Source: Octopus bimaculoides (lineage: Eukaryota). Taken from it: a stretch of DNA of 64,000 nt. The position numbers were made by a program, and so were the translations under genes. A model generated the notes under the pieces. That model did not search any database. It was not told the origin of the DNA and worked only from the letters and a program-made list of their open reading frames with translations. Location: the NCBI RefSeq assembly GCF_001194135.2, contig NC_068986.1:26858331-26922330 (forward strand), given 5' to 3'. Of this stretch, positions 24,795 through 39,597 are shown one piece after another; the stretch's first letter is position 1; the number at the start of each line of letters is the position of its first letter.

Positions 24795-24857
24795 TACATA
24801 CATATATGTTGAACACCGATATCTATAAATATATTGATATGTATCTATGTATATATA

Positions 24858-24908
<51 letters not shown>

Positions 24909-25282
24909 ATGTTTATATGGATGTTTATATATATAGATGTTATATAATACATAACTATACATGTATGTTTGTGTCTATCAACTCCATGTAGAATATTGTT
25001 GTATCTATCTAAAAAGACAAAACAAAACAAAAGGAAATCTATCCTGATTTTAAAAGTCAATTTAAAGTCCTTGATTCTTTTGTTAGTGTACCCTTTCTGT
25101 CACAGTTGCAGTGTCAACATGACCCCGAGGGGTTACATTACTTGTCTACAGTGTCAACAAATGTATAACCAAGCATTCATTGCCTTTTACTGTTTCATTA
25201 CCATGCTCAGAATTTGTTTGGTATTGCCGCTAATTCGATCAGCTTTTATTCACGATTCCATTCCATTCTTAATTGTTACCAC

Positions 25283-25480
25283 ATAACCCTTTAGCATTTA
25301 AACTGATCATATTTGGCTCAAATAGTCTTCCCGTTTTGTGTTCATACTGGTCAGATCTGACCTCTCATCCCTATGCAAAGATGTCATTCTAAAAACAGTC
25401 ACATTGTTGAGATCTCAAAGTTATGAGATTATGCAGGGCTAATTCAAAACAACAGTATAATTTGTACACTAAAGGGTTAT
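25283..25480. mobile_element. piggyBac-type MITE, diverged copy
   Basis: Ends ataaccctttagcatt ... ctaaagggttat; interior homologous to 28169-28372 in inverted orientation. Confidence 0.65.
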
Positions 25481-28168
25481 TAGTCATGGCAAGCATTTTT
25501 GTGTTTGTTAACAAATAGTAATACCTGTGACGGGATTTGAAGTCATAGCTTGACTTTAGTTGATGGCACTTTTTCTTCGGAAAATATCTCCAATAAAACC
25601 ACCTTTGATCCTATTTGCAAAGTTGGTCCTATATAACATACTTAATGCTCAAAAAACTTTTTTCCTGAACATGTGCTGCTGAAATTGGAGTGCAACTAAT
25701 ATACCCAAGTGCATTTTATGCTATTAAACAAAGTAACACTTTGTTTTCTATTGCTACACCTATTGGTTTTAATTAATCAGATTGAATCCAAGTAAATTAA
25801 GTGTATTTAATGCATTTAATTTATTTAGAATCAATGCAATAATTTGAGCTTTCTATTTTAAGATCTGCAGTCCTAGGAGGTTCATGTTTTTATCCCTAGA
25901 ATTATTTTAGCAGATAAGCAGGAATTAAATCATAAATTATCATTAATTTGTTCTGCAATGTTTTCTTCACATTCTGAATTAAAAAATGAAACAAAACCAA
26001 AGCAAAACAAAGCAAGAAACTGTATTTTTGTTTTCCAAAACTTCTAGATTGAAACAAGGGTTGGGTTAGAATTGACACAACTGGAAGTAAAGACCTGGTC
26101 TTCAGTGATGGTGAATGCAGAGGCAAATATCGACAGTGAAGACAAAATGCTATGTTTATTGATTGTAAACCATTGGTTAATTTAGCAGCCTATTTATAAA
26201 TTTAGTTCTGGAGAAGTAAGAGTGGTGGAGTATTGTCATTGCCTTTTAGTATTGTTCAGGGTTCAAAGAACAAGAGTTGACCTTTTTTGTCCCTTCTTCC
26301 TAGGTTAGTTAAAATTACTAACCACACAACTGGTGCTGTTTGTTCAATTGACTATATTAGCTCTCTTAGGATTTTCTGCATTACAAAAATGTGAGAAATA
26401 CCTTAAGATGTTGTTTAATGAGGCAACAATCTCGGCCTGGTGAAGGTGTGTTAGGATGTTGCACTCAGAACCAGGAGGTTGTGGTTTCGATTCCTGGACC
26501 AGGTGATACATTGTATTCTTGAACAAAATATCTCAGTTCATATTGCTCCAGTCCACTCTTGTTTGCAATGGACTGGTGTCTCATCCAGTGACAATGTTGT
26601 GATCTTGGTCACTTATGCATTATAGAAACTGGGTAATCAGCCCCACGAGTCCTAGTATTTGAAACGGCAATGTTTTGGGGTTAATCATACAGCAGTCTCC
26701 ACCAGCATGTCATGTTGGTGCCCCTTCCCCTTTCCCTGTACAGTCCTTGAAAGAAGGAAAAAGAAATTTCATATCTTGTAATATTTTTTTTTTCAGCGTA
26801 TCTAATAAGTAGCTAAATTTTTTATTTACCATGTCATTTATTTAAGTTTTTGGACGTGAAGTTTCTTATCACTGTGCTTGTATCCTGGCTGGCTCTAAAG
26901 TAGAAATTTTCAAAGTTTGTTACTTTTAGCTGCTCTTCCTCCCCAACTTAGTCAGGTGACTTGTCTCTAGTGTTGCTTGTGGCATTGTTGAATTTAAGGT
27001 CAAAAAGTGATAGAAATAATTCATTTGTATGAATAACTTTGGAAACATTTTAGATGTTACACAAATTCAAACTGCGTTTATTTTTAAGGTGTTTTTATGA
27101 GCTTTACATATGTGTATATTATATGACTGATATGGAAGTTAAACTATCACTGTATGATTAACCTTTTCTTTTTCTGTATGTATGTGTATGAAAATTGGTA
27201 GGCACATACATACATACATGCATGCATACACACGTAGTCTGGTCGGTTCTAAAATGAATTATCCAAGCAAGTGTTTTTTTTATAGCTGGATGCCTGTCTT
27301 AATGTTAAGAACTCAACTGAGAAGTAGAAATAGTACCTGCTTTCAGCTAGGATGAATGAAATAAGTAATGTTCTTGATGCAAGGACATAACACAGTGCCT
27401 GTAGCTAAGTTTGAACTCGTGACCTTTTCATCAGTTTTTCAGCAATTTAGCCATGTATCTGAATCTACTTCTCTATATTAAGAAAACAAAAAAAGAAGTT
27501 AGAAATGATTTCGTTTCCCTTTGGGATATATATTTTATCTTGTTTGTGTTCCACTGAATTTAATTCATAGGAAATACTTCAAGCATTCACTAGGTTTTAA
27601 AAAGAAGTTAGTTTTTTTTTTTTCCTTCTTCCTAATCTTTACACTCACATTAAGTTCATTTTTCTTTTTGTTTCATTTTCAATGATTTATCTAATGCCAT
27701 GTAAGTGTGATAAGATAGAATTGATTCCTTGACTTTTTCTTATCAGAAATATTTGTTAATAGGTGAATTGACTCTATTTACTTACTGGAACTCTATCTGA
27801 AAAGAAAAAAAAAAGTGCAGGTTGTGACATTCATGCCTTTTTTTCTTTTTTAATTTTGAGCAAGTCATTAGTAATGTAACGAAAGTAAAATATTTACACT
27901 TAGAAATTTAAACTAGGACATAGAAACTTAACTTCTTGTGGCCTTATCCTCTACTTTATAGCCTGGTTCCACTGTTTTTTAAAAAAAAATATCTTTACTT
28001 CATTATCTGAAGAAAGGGCTGTACAAGTCTGGTGAGAGTACTGAAGTTGATATTCTTCTTGAACAAAAACAACTCAACAACTGCAAGAAAGACATGGACA
28101 AAGAGGGAATTTCAAAGAACTGATGTTTTGGAAAGATGGATTGGGTATAGTGGCTAGTCTGAATTCTT

Positions 28169-28372
28169 TTAACCCTTTAGCATTCAGATTACTCTGTCAA
28201 ATGTTATGCTTATTTATTCACATTGTTTTGATTTAATCACACATTATCTTTGAGATTTTGATGATGTGATTGTTTATTTTTAGTGTGTCATTGTATACTG
28301 GGTTGGAGAGGCTCAATCTGGTCAGTTCGAACATAAAACAGATATGGCCTGTTTAAATGCTAAAGAGTTTAA
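28169..28372. mobile_element. piggyBac-type MITE of about 200 bp
   Basis: TTAA-CCCTTTAGCATT ... AATGCTAAAGAG-TTTAA. TTAA flanks and CCC-starting TIRs are piggyBac hallmarks. Confidence 0.78.
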
Positions 28373-28702
28373 TACAATCTGAGTGACACAAGGAGGAGGA
28401 GAACAAGTGAGTTGACTATGTTTGAGTGGGAGTGGCACAAGATCAGTCAGCTCCAAGGACCAAGGGCTATAGCTGTAGCAGCAGAAATAGCAGAGATAGT
28501 ATCTCCGTTGGCTAAAGTTTGGATTGTTGCATAAAACATATCTGAGCTGTTTGTTGTTTGTTAGGGAAGTTATTACCTTGCTTGTAAAATAAGTGGGGTT
28601 GATGATAAGAGAGGCAACTAGCTGTAAAAATGTCTGACCCATGCAAGCATGGCAAAGTAGACATTTAAAACAATAGTGATGATGATGAGAGAGATTATTA
28701 AG

Positions 28703-28818
28703 TCTGCCAAATCCGAGTGAAGCCTGGTGTAGCCATCTGGTTCACCAGTCCTCAGTCAATCGTCCAACCCATGCTAGCATGGAAAGCGGACGTTAAACGA
28801 TGATGATGATGATGATGA
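28703..28818 (+). mobile_element. Short young RTE 3'-tail copy, following an older tail at about 28630-28690
   Basis: cgtccaacccatgctagcatggaaagcggacgttaaacgatgatgatg. Confidence 0.85.
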
Positions 28819-29612
28819 ATGTCTTATATTGTTTTTTTTTTCATGTTAGCATGGATTAGATAGTAAAGAAAATTCATATATTTGTGTGAGATATTTACCG
28901 ATGAGAAGGTATCAGAGGTGGTTAGGGAGCAAATGGCAGATTAACAGGAGTACATTGGATAATAAGTCCAAATATAGACACGGATCTGTAGATGGAGACT
29001 TAATGGGGATATATTGGGTAATAGGCCAAAAAATATATATATACCTTTAGCTTACACCACTGTCATCACTTTAATGTTTGCTATACTGTTGTTGCTCAAG
29101 TGGGTGGATTTCTTTCTGCACTGCATGTCACCAGTCATCCTCCAAAATAAAATCGGTTATATCAAAATGAAAAACAAAATGCATTTGAAATATATTCACA
29201 CACATCAGTGTTGGAACATAGTTCTGATGCATTTTGGTATCTGAAAGAAATTTTGTTACCAATGGCAACACAATTTCCTTGAGATACTGTTGATGCTATA
29301 GGTATATGAAATACATTCAGATGCTGAACACATGTCTAAAGAAAACATTTCTTTTCTTCCCATTTGTTAACAAGAAGTACATTGCTTGGCTTCAATCAAC
29401 TAACTTAGTGATTCTCAAATTGATCAAATACCAGGGCTCTCCACTAACATATTAATAAAATATTTTGGCCCCTCCCCCTACTTTTTATTAACGAGAAGGC
29501 AAAATAGTTTACATGCATGTAATTCTTTCTTCAGGCACCTCATTTCTTAGAATTATGGTTTTAAAAAGTTTTCTGTTTTTGATTTTATTAACCATAGCAG
29601 TTTGCCTAAGTC

Positions 29613-29676
<64 letters not shown>

Positions 29677-30442
29677 NNNNNNNNNNNNNNNNNNNNNNNN
29701 NNNNNNNNNNNNNNNNNNNNNNNNNNNNNNNNNNNNNNNNNNNNNNNNNNNNNNNNNNNNNNNNNNNNNNNNNNNNNNNNNNNNNNNNNNNNNNNNNNNN
29801 NNNNNNNNNNNNNNNNNNNNNNNNNNNNNNNNNNNNNNNNNNNNNNNNNNNNNNNNNNNNNNNNNNNNNNNNNNNNNNNNNNNNNNNNNNNNNNNNNNNN
29901 NNNNNNNNNNNNNNNNNNNNNNNNNNNNNNNNNNNNNNNNNNNNNNNNNNNNNNNNNNNNNNNNNNNNNNNNNNNNNNNNNNNNNNNNNNNNNNNNNNNN
30001 NNNNNNNNNNNNNNNNNNNNNNNNNNNNNNNNNNNNNNNNNNNNNNNNNNNNNNNNNNNNNNNNNNNNNNNNNNNNNNNNNNNNNNNNNNNNNNNNNNNN
30101 NNNNNNNNNNNNNNNNNNNNNNNNNNNNNNNNNNNNNNNNNNNNNNNNNNNNNNNNNNNNNNNNNNNNNNNNNNNNNNNNNNNNNNNNNNNNNNNNNAGC
30201 TCACTGCTGCCTCCATGACATTTTAATGTCCCCTTTTTCTTGCTTGTGTGAGTTATATACAATTTGCTGGGGAAGATTTTCTCTGGCTGGAAATCCTTCC
30301 TGTCACCAGCTTCCATTTAAGACGATGTCCTGCCTTGGATGGTTGTTTTCATAAAAGACTGGAAATAAATGATACTGTTTATGCGAGGGTGATGTTCATT
30401 TACAACTATCATGCAATACCATGACAAGGAGAGAGAAAGGGA

Positions 30443-30478
<36 letters not shown>

Positions 30479-30900
30479 CACACACACCTACGACGTTTTT
30501 CAGTTTCTGTCAACCAAATCCATTCATTAGGCTTGGTCAGCCTAAGGCTGTAGTAGGAGACAGCTGCCCCAAGTTTTCACATTGTGGGACTGAACTTGAA
30601 ACCATATAGTTGGACAGCAAACTTCTTAACCACAAAACCAAATATTTTTCATAATGTACCTGCATAGAGAGGAGCACATCGGATGTAGCTGTGCTTGTCA
30701 CTCCATTTTGATATGTTATTTTCACTTTGTCCTAATCCGAATTACATGATTCTGCAAATTTAGACATTTATATTACATGACCAGATGAGTAAGTTTGCTT
30801 TATGACTGGAATGATAGATACCATGTCTGTTACACACACACACAGTCAATTGTGGATATAGTGAAGATGGCAGATTAATTTCCATGTTTTAACTCTTGAC

Positions 30901-31055
30901 CAACTGTTCTCAAGCAGGGTTCAAATGACCCTTGGGAGTCCATATAAGATTCTGTTTATGTGTAATAAAATCAGTTATACTTCTACAATAAACAAAATAT
31001 TTGGACAGTTTTTTTTTAAAATACAATTTCTAATAATATTCACTAATAAAAATAT
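30901..31055. mobile_element. hAT-type MITE end abutting a SINE (other end lost in or beyond the gap)
   Basis: caactgttctcaagcagggttcaaatgacccttgggagtccatataagat aligns with the reverse complement of 18794-18930. Confidence 0.65.
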
Positions 31056-31385
31056 ACTCTTTTACTGGTTTCAGTCATTTGACTGCGGCCATGCTAGAGC
31101 ACTGCCTTTAGTGGAGCAAATCGACCCCAGGACTTATTCTTTGTAAGCCTAGTACTTATTCTATTGGTCTCTTTTGCCGAACTGCTAAGTTACAGGAATG
31201 TAAACACACCACCATCGGTTGTCAAGCGATGTTGGGGGGACAAACACAGACATACAAACATATACACATTCATATACATATATACGACGGGCTTCTTTCA
31301 GTTTTCCGTCTACCAAATCCACTCACAAGGCTTTGGTCGGCCCAAGGCTATAGTAGAAGACACTTGCCCAAGGTGCCATGCAGTG
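31056..31385 (-). mobile_element. Family A SINE, 5' end runs into the gap
   Basis: Reverse complement of the 18368 body, near-consensus. Confidence 0.9.
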
Positions 31386-31938
31386 NNNNNNNNNNNNNNN
31401 NNNNNNNNNNNNNNNNNNNNNNNNNNNNNNNNNNNNNNNNNNNNNNNNNNNNNNNNNNNNNNNNNNNNNNNNNNNNNNNNNNNNNNNNNNNNNNNNNNNN
31501 NNNNNNNNNNNNNNNNNNNNNNNNNNNNNNNNNNNNNNNNNNNNNNNNNNNNNNNNNNNNNNNNNNNNNNNNNNNNNNNNNNNNNNNNNNNNNNNNNNNN
31601 NNNNNNNNNNNNNNNNNNNNNNNNNNNNNNNNNNNNNNNNNNNNNNNNNNNNNNNNNNNNNNNNNNNNNNNNNNNNNNNNNNNNNNNNNNNNNNNNNNNN
31701 NNNNNNNNNNNNNNNNNNNNNNNNNNNNNNNNNNNNNNNNNNNNNNNNNNNNNNNNNNNNNNNNNNNNNNNNNNNNNNNNNNNNNNNNNNNNNNNNNNNN
31801 NNNNNNNNNNNNNNNNNNNNNNNNNNNNNNNNNNNNCACAACACACACACACACACACACACACCCACTCTCTCTCTTTTATGCTTTCTTCTACTCCTTG
31901 TTTTCTTCCTGACTCCTTCCTCATCTACTCTCTCTTTT

Positions 31939-31969
<31 letters not shown>

Positions 31970-31987
31970 TTCTCTCCCTCTCTCTCT

Positions 31988-32024
<37 letters not shown>

Positions 32025-32640
32025 TCTCTCTCTCTCTAGTGTCCTCTGTCCTCCATTGTTCCTCCTTTTCTCTCTCCTCATCCCCTCTCTTTTACTAATT
32101 TCCTTAAGCCCTGCTTCCCTTCTCTCTCTCTATTATCACATCTTCCTTCCTTATTTCTATTAGAATACTTTAAACTGTCTGTCTCTCCCTATCTCTCCCT
32201 ATCTCTCCCTATCCCCTCTTCCTATTGACCTTCTTTCTTCCTCTTCCTACTCATTCCCCTCTTTTTCCCCTTCTGCTTATGTGCATCCACCCTTTTCCTC
32301 CTGCACCGTTTCTTCTCTACACCACCACCACCACCATCACTACCATCACTTCTACCCTGTAGCAGCTGTTCTGCACCGTTCTTGCCAGCTTCCATTAATT
32401 GTTATATACATCATGTTTTTAAATACCCATCACTGTTTACAACACTTCACTATTTTCTCATTTCCCCTTCTTCTCTCCTCCTCTTCTTCCTCCTCTTCCT
32501 CTCCAGTTATTCCTTTTATTATTTATTATTATTTGTTGATTATTTTTTTCTTTCTTTCTCTTCATTTTAAGTTGAGGGAGGTCAATATAGAAACAAGGTG
32601 GAAGAGAAGGGTGTAGATAAAGAAAGAGATACATTACAAA

Positions 32641-32679
<39 letters not shown>

Positions 32680-32973
32680 CCCAAGCATTATCATCATCAT
32701 CGTCAATACTGCCATTTAATGTTAGTTTTCATACACACACATATGAGTGTACACACGCAGAGAGAGAGAGAGAAGGAAAGAGGGGGGAGGGAATGAAAAT
32801 AAGGGACAGTGAAAGAATAGATTGATGGAGAGGGTCTTTGACTGAGAGAGAGATATAAGGATACAAAAAGATGCAGATTGATGGGAAGATTGAGGTAAAA
32901 TGATAGGTGTGTGTGTGTGTGTGCATGAGAGAAAGGGTGTCAGAAAGGGATACAAAATGTGTGTATGTATACA

Positions 32974-33018
<45 letters not shown>

Positions 33019-33406
33019 TGTTGGGCTTTGGGAGAGTTATTAAGCCAGTAATATATATATATATANNNNNNNNNNNNNNNNNNNNNNNNNNNNNNNNNNN
33101 NNNNNNNNNNNNNNNNNNNNNNNNNNNNNNNNNNNNNNNNNNNNNNNNNNNNNNNNNNNNNNNNNNNNNNNNNNNNNNNNNNNNNNNNNNNNNNNNNNNN
33201 NNNNNNNNNNNNNNNNNNNNNNNNNNNNNNNNNNNNNNNNNNNNNNNNNNNNNNNNNNNNNNNNNNNNNNNNNNNNNNNNNNNNNNNNNNNNNNNNNNNN
33301 NNNNNNNNNNNNNNNNNNNNNNNNNNNNNNNNNNNNNAGGGTGTCAGAAAAGGATACAAAGGAGTAGGAAAGGAAAGAAAGACTGCTTAAGCTGTGAATA
33401 AAAAGG

Positions 33407-33460
<54 letters not shown>

Positions 33461-33981
33461 TGGAGACAAGAGAAGCTGGGAAAATAAAGTGTCTTTCTTT
33501 TTCTCTCTCTCTATCTCTTCCATACACACACACATACACATGCCATACACTCTTCTTAAAGTAAACTAAAGAGAAACAATAGGAAAACATTAAATACATT
33601 AAAAAAAAAAAAAAATTGGTTCACTGGAAGTGAAATTGTTATTTAAGCTGTTTTTTCCCTTTATTTATTCTAGCTGAAGATGTTTGCTTTGTTTTATTGT
33701 CCTTTATTACATCAGAATTGGCTAGAGAAACATCCTTTGGATAACTAACTGTTTACTGCTTCTTCTTCTAATAATTACAGCACACATTCTGTTCTGTGTA
33801 AGGGTGTGTGCATCTGTATATGTGCTCTTTTGGGTGTGTGTGTGTCTATATATATGTATGTATGTGTGTGTGTATATATATNNNNNNNNNNNNNNNNNNN
33901 NNNNNNNNNNNNNNNNNNNNNNNNNNNNNNNNNNNNNNNNNNNNNNNNNNNNNNNNNNNNNNNNNNNNNNNNNNNNNNNNN

Positions 33982-34017
<36 letters not shown>

Positions 34018-34572
34018 AAGCACACACATACTTACACACTGGTATATATGCTTTCCAATTTAAAACCTTAATATGTATAGTGATTTTTTTTGTTTTTTTG
34101 TTTTTTTTTTACTTTTATTTATTTTTATGTTTTTAATGGATGACATCTTCATGATAGCATTCTATACACACACACAGATTTATAAACATTCATCTTCTAC
34201 ATATTAACTTCTACAGATCTTCTCCACCTACTTGTGCTTTCTTTGAGATTTGTTTCATTTTCTGTCTTACATTTCTCTTTTTCTTTTTTTCCATTCTCTT
34301 CCTTTTTTTCCTTTCTTTTCACAGTATTTATTTATTTATTTCATTTATTTACATATTTTTTTTAAAGCTATTCAATTTTATTGAATTTTTATTTTATTTT
34401 TAATTTTCTTCTTTATTTTAATTCATCAATCTCTATTCAATAATTCTTTTTCCTATAGTAGTCTCATTGAATATTTTTCATTCTGATTTCAAAAATTTTC
34501 CTATATTTTTTTTTCTTCATTTGTTTGTTTCTTTGTTCTTATGCTAGATTTTTATTGTTTTTTTTTGCTGTA

Positions 34573-34611
<39 letters not shown>

Positions 34612-36076
34612 GTTATTATTATTTAGTTTTCATATTTTAATGTTGATATTCATTGATTTACATTTAAACACACACGCACATGCAAAACACACACACACAC
34701 ACACACACAGAAACACACAACAACAACGCACGCATAACCACACACACACACGCACACACACTTAAAGATGATGGAAACAAGGAAAAACAAGAAATCCATT
34801 CTCTCTATATTCCCTTTTGACATTCTCTTTCAAACCCTTTTCGTCCCCTCTTCTCTCTCTCTCTCTCTCTCTATCTTTCTATGNNNNNNNNNNNNNNNNN
34901 NNNNNNNNNNNNNNNNNNNNNNNNNNNNNNNNNNNNNNNNNNNNNNNNNNNNNNNNNNNNNNNNNNNNNNNNNNNNNNNNNNNNNNNNNNNNNNNNNNNN
35001 NNNNNNNNNNNNNNNNNNNNNNNNNNNNNNNNNNNNNNNNNNNNNNNNNNNNNNNNNNNNNNNNNNNNNNNNNNNNNNNNNNNNNNNNNNNNNNNNNNNN
35101 NNNNNNNNNNNNNNNNNNNNNNNNNNNNNNNNNNNNNNNNNNNNNNNNNNNNNNNNNNNNNNNNNNNNNNNNNNNNNNNNNNNNNNNNNNNNNNNNNNNN
35201 NNNNNNNNNNNNNNNNNNNNNNNNNNNNNNNNNNNNNNNNNNNNNNNNNNNNNNNNNNNNNNNNNNNNNNNNNNNNNNNNNNNNNNNNNNNNNNNNNNNN
35301 NNNNNNNNNNNNNNNNNNNTGTGTGTGTGTGTGTGTGTGTACACAAATATGTGTGTATGTGTGTGTGTATAGATATATATATGTGTGTGTGTGTGTGTAA
35401 TATGTATGTAATTTTGAATATGTGTGTGTGTGTCTTCTTTCCCAAATAATTCCCATCAAATAGGCAAACTTAGAAAATCTATTTTCAGATCAACCTAATA
35501 GATTTTCTTTTCATAACCAATTTCAATGTTTCTTCTCTTGTTATTTAGGTTTCCAAGTTTTTAATTTTCTTTTTTCCTTGTTTTTTTTTCCTTTTTTCCT
35601 TTTTTTTTCTTTTTCTTGTCAGTCTTTATTTTTTCTCTCTTTTCTTTTTCTTTTTTTTTTTTTGGTATTTTTGTGTCTTATTTTCTTTTCTCCATAAGAT
35701 CACGGAAAAAAATATTTTCTTCGTATTTCTGTTCGAGGTTTTTTTAATTTTTTTTTTATTTCATTTCTTCATCTGAGAGATGAACGCCATCTCTATTAAC
35801 TTTCTTTCTTCTTTAGTTAATCTAATTTAAATTTTTTTTTCTTCTTTTCACATACATACTCACTTCTTTTTTTTCTTTCCTTCTCTTTTCAAACACTCAC
35901 CTTTCTTTGTTTTTTTTTTTATTTTTACTATTATGAATTTCATTCTTTTTCTCCTCTCCCCTAATTTCTTTTTCTTCCTTTCCCTTCCTTTTTACTCTTT
36001 TCTTTCTCTAATTTTCTTTCTTTCTTAGCTTCCTCATTCATTCCATTCTTTGTCCTCAACCATTTCCCTCTCTCTC

Positions 36077-36126
<50 letters not shown>

Positions 36127-37269
36127 TTATTCATAATATTTCATTTATAAATACTCTATTTATTCTATATTGTGTTTCCAAATCCCTCCTTCTATATAAC
36201 TTATCCAGACCCCTCCCACTATTCTACATTTCGCATTTCAATACTACCACCAATTTTATTTCTAGGCTCAAACATAAAAACGACAAAAACAAAAAAAGTA
36301 CCCTAAAGAAAAAGGCTACCTTTGACCTTTCTTCATTTTATCATTCTTTTCCGAATCCTTTTCTGAACTCTATCACATAAATGCATGCATGTGTGCACAC
36401 ATGTGCATGCACACACCTGTAGCTGTCAACTTCCATGGTACTCTTGCAATCCCATCTTTGATGTGGGTTTGTTTGTTTACCCATAGTTCAGTACAATTAC
36501 AGCCAGCCATCACTTACAAGGAAGTATGGCTTGGTAACCTGCATCATACTTTCACTAATTGTTTTAGGTTCCTATGAAGTCACAAGCAGACGTAGATACC
36601 CTATCAGGGCTCTTCACTAGAACTGCTATACTATGATAGTTGGCGGAAGAGAGGGTTGCACCTGTTCTTGGCTGAATAGAGTGAAGTAGTGTGCAATGGT
36701 GTTTCTTGCCCAAGAACACAATGCACTTCTGTCTAGGAATCGAACCCAAAACCTTATGTTAATTAGCCAAACACTACAACCACTTGGTCATGAGCTTTCA
36801 CATTTTGCTCACAGCTCAGGTGATGACACCACTCCGTTTTTTTTTCTTCTTTTTACTTCACTCTTGTACTAAAGGCAAAGGTCTGAACTGTCTGTTGTTT
36901 AATCTACACAACCATAGAACTTACCAAAATTTCCTAATGGTCTAATTCAGTCTTGAGCAGACTGTGTCCTGCAGGACTTTCTGAATGGTATGCCTAATGA
37001 AACATTACCTTGAGTTTTTTTTTTTTTTGAAAGTAGTGTAACCCATCTGTTGATGAGTCACTTCTCCTGTGGCCTGCTTCTAAAAAATGAAAAAAAAAAA
37101 AGGGGTTGTTCATACCCGATCTAATTGTTACCATGATATTCCATATCAGTTTTCTTTGGTTTCTGTTGGTTTCCAGTTGTCATCTTGTCTCTATTTTCTT
37201 TGATGTCTTTCTCCTCACACACTCATCTGAAAGTATCAGTATTTCTGACTCTCATATTGGCATAGCTTT

Positions 37270-37560
37270 GACCTCACTACACTAGTCACCAATCTTCGTT
37301 CTTTTACTGCTGTTGCCTGACCTAACCCCACCCCACTATGCTAACTGTTGGCCTTTTGTCTTGACTCCCCCTTGCTACACTATTGACCTTCTGGTCTCTT
37401 GCTCCTCCTGCGATAGCTATTAACCTTGTTGTCTCTCATCCCTACTATACAAGCTATTAACCTTTCTTGTCTCTGACCCCACTACACTAGCTATCAGTGG
37501 TACCCATGTCTCCTTTACCATTGCCAGCTAAACACACTCCTCTAATGTGAATTGCCCCAT
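37270..37560. repeat. Degenerate tandem repeat, unit about 36-38 bp
   Basis: Recurrent ccccactacactagctattaacctttcttgtctctga-like units, about 6 copies by eye. Confidence 0.5.
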
Positions 37561-38811
37561 GTCTTTCTTGCTGACACCTAGTTACCAATCACCCCCACAT
37601 TTGGCACTTAACCCCGTTCCTGTCTCTACCTGATTACTACTGTCAAATTTAAACACTTTACCTCACACTACTGTCTACTGCTATGTGTCCACACAGTCTA
37701 ACTCTTCGCTTCCATCTCCTACACAGATGTCTAGTGCCAGGTTTCCATAGACACTTAGACCTCCCACACAGCTGTTCACTGACATGTCTGGATCTACCCT
37801 CGCCATCACACAACTGTCCACTATCACAAAGTCCATTGTTTCTAAATGTCTACTTTCATACTTTGACACAGCAGTACACTGCCATTTCAATTTTTTGTAA
37901 AAAGAAAAAGGACAGGAATCTCACTTACTTTCTCTCTTTTTCTTTGTTTCTCACTCTCTCTTTCTCTCTCTCTCTNNNNNNNNNNNNNNNNNNNNNNNNN
38001 NNNNNNNNNNNNNNNNNNNNNNNNNNNNNNNNNNNNNNNNNNNNNNNNNNNNNNNNNNNNNNNNNNNNNNNNNNNNNNNNNNNNNNNNNNNNNNNNNNNN
38101 NNNNNNNNNNNNNNNNNNNNNNNNNNNNNNNNNNNNNNNNNNNNNNNNNNNNNNNNNNNNNNNNNNNNNNNNNNNNNNNNNNNNNNNNNNNNNNNNNNNN
38201 NNNNNNNNNNNNNNNNNNNNNNNNNNNNNNNNNNNNNNNNNNNNNNNNNNNNNNNNNNNNNNNNNNNNNNNNNNNNNNNNNNNNNNNNNNNNNNNNNNNN
38301 NNNNNNNNNNNNNNNNNNNNNNNNNNNNNNNNNNNNNNNNNNNNNNNNNNNNNNNNNNNNNNNNNNNNNNNNNNNNNNNNNNNNNNNNNNNNNNNNNNNN
38401 NNNNNNNNNNNNNNNNNNNNNNNNNNNNNNNNNNNNNNNNNNNNNNNNNNNNNNNNNNNNNNNNNNNNNNNNNNNNNNNNNNNNNNNNNNNNNNNNNNNN
38501 NNNNNNNNNNNNNNNNNNNNNNNNNNNNNNNNNNNNNNNNNNNNNNNNNNNNNNNATTATTGTTTATTTGTCATAGGTTGGTCTCTAAAACTTTTGGAAC
38601 ACCCCAATTATCTCTCTCTCTCAGTTCTCCTTCAGTCTGATTAATCTCTCTCTCTCCCTCTCTCTCCCTCCCTCTCACACACATACTCTACTTTCTTCCC
38701 GTACTCTGCCTTTTCCTCTCATTTTGCTTTCCCTCTTACTGTTTCTTTCAACTCTCTCCCCCCCTCTCTCCCTCTCTTGAATATCTATCTGTATCATTTT
38801 CTATCACTTAA

Positions 38812-39128
38812 CTGTCTCTCTCTGTCTGTCTCTCTCTGTGTCTGTCTGTCTCTCTCTCTTTCTGTCTGTCTCTCTCTCTGTCTGTCTCTCTCTCTGTCTG
38901 TCTCTCTCTGTCTGTCTCTCTCTCTCTCTGTCTGTCTCTCTATCTCTCTCTCTGTCTCTCTCTCTCTCTGTCCGTCTCTCTCTCTCTGTCTGTCTCTCTC
39001 TCTCTGTCTGTCTCTCTCTTTCTGTCTCTCTGTCTCTCTCTTTCTGTCTCTCTGTCTCTCTCTCTGTCTGTATCTCTCTCTCTGTGTCTGTCTGTCTGTC
39101 TCTCTCTGTCTCTCTCTCTTTCTCTCTA

Positions 39129-39161
<33 letters not shown>

Positions 39162-39382
39162 GTCTGTCTCTCTCTCTGTCTGTCCGTCTCTCTCTGTCTG
39201 TCTGTCTCTCTCTGTCTGTCTCTCTCTGTGTCTGTCTCTGTCTGTCTCTCTGTCTGTCTCTCTCTCTCTGTCTCTCTCTGTCTGTCTCTCTCTGTCTGTC
39301 TCTCTCTCTGTCTCTCTGTCTCTTTCTCTCTGTCTCTCTCTCTCTCTCTGTCTGTCTGTCTCTCTCTGTGTCTGTCTGTCTG

Positions 39383-39419
<37 letters not shown>

Positions 39420-39530
39420 GTCTGTCTCTCTCTCTCTCTGTCTGTCTGTCTCTCTCTGTCTGTCTCTCTCTTTCTCTGTCTCTCTCTCTCTCTCTCTGTG
39501 TCTGTCTCTGTCTCTCTCTCTCTCTCTCTC

Positions 39531-39589
<59 letters not shown>

Positions 39590-39597
39590 CTCTGTCT
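38812..39597. repeat. Compound (TC)n/(TCTG)n microsatellite, more than 780 bp, running into a gap
   Basis: Directly visible. Source of the spurious 430-470 aa ORFs. Confidence 0.95.

Noticed and set aside
27990-28150. Purine-rich, coding-looking stretch (KKGLYKSGESTEVDILLEQKQL...)
   Set aside because: No convincing splice sites in an open frame and no recognisable homology.
32935-33360. 22-nt near-duplicate (gggtgtcagaaa.ggatacaaa) on both sides of a gap
   Set aside because: The structure cannot be resolved across the gap; likely a collapsed local repeat or gap-edge artefact.
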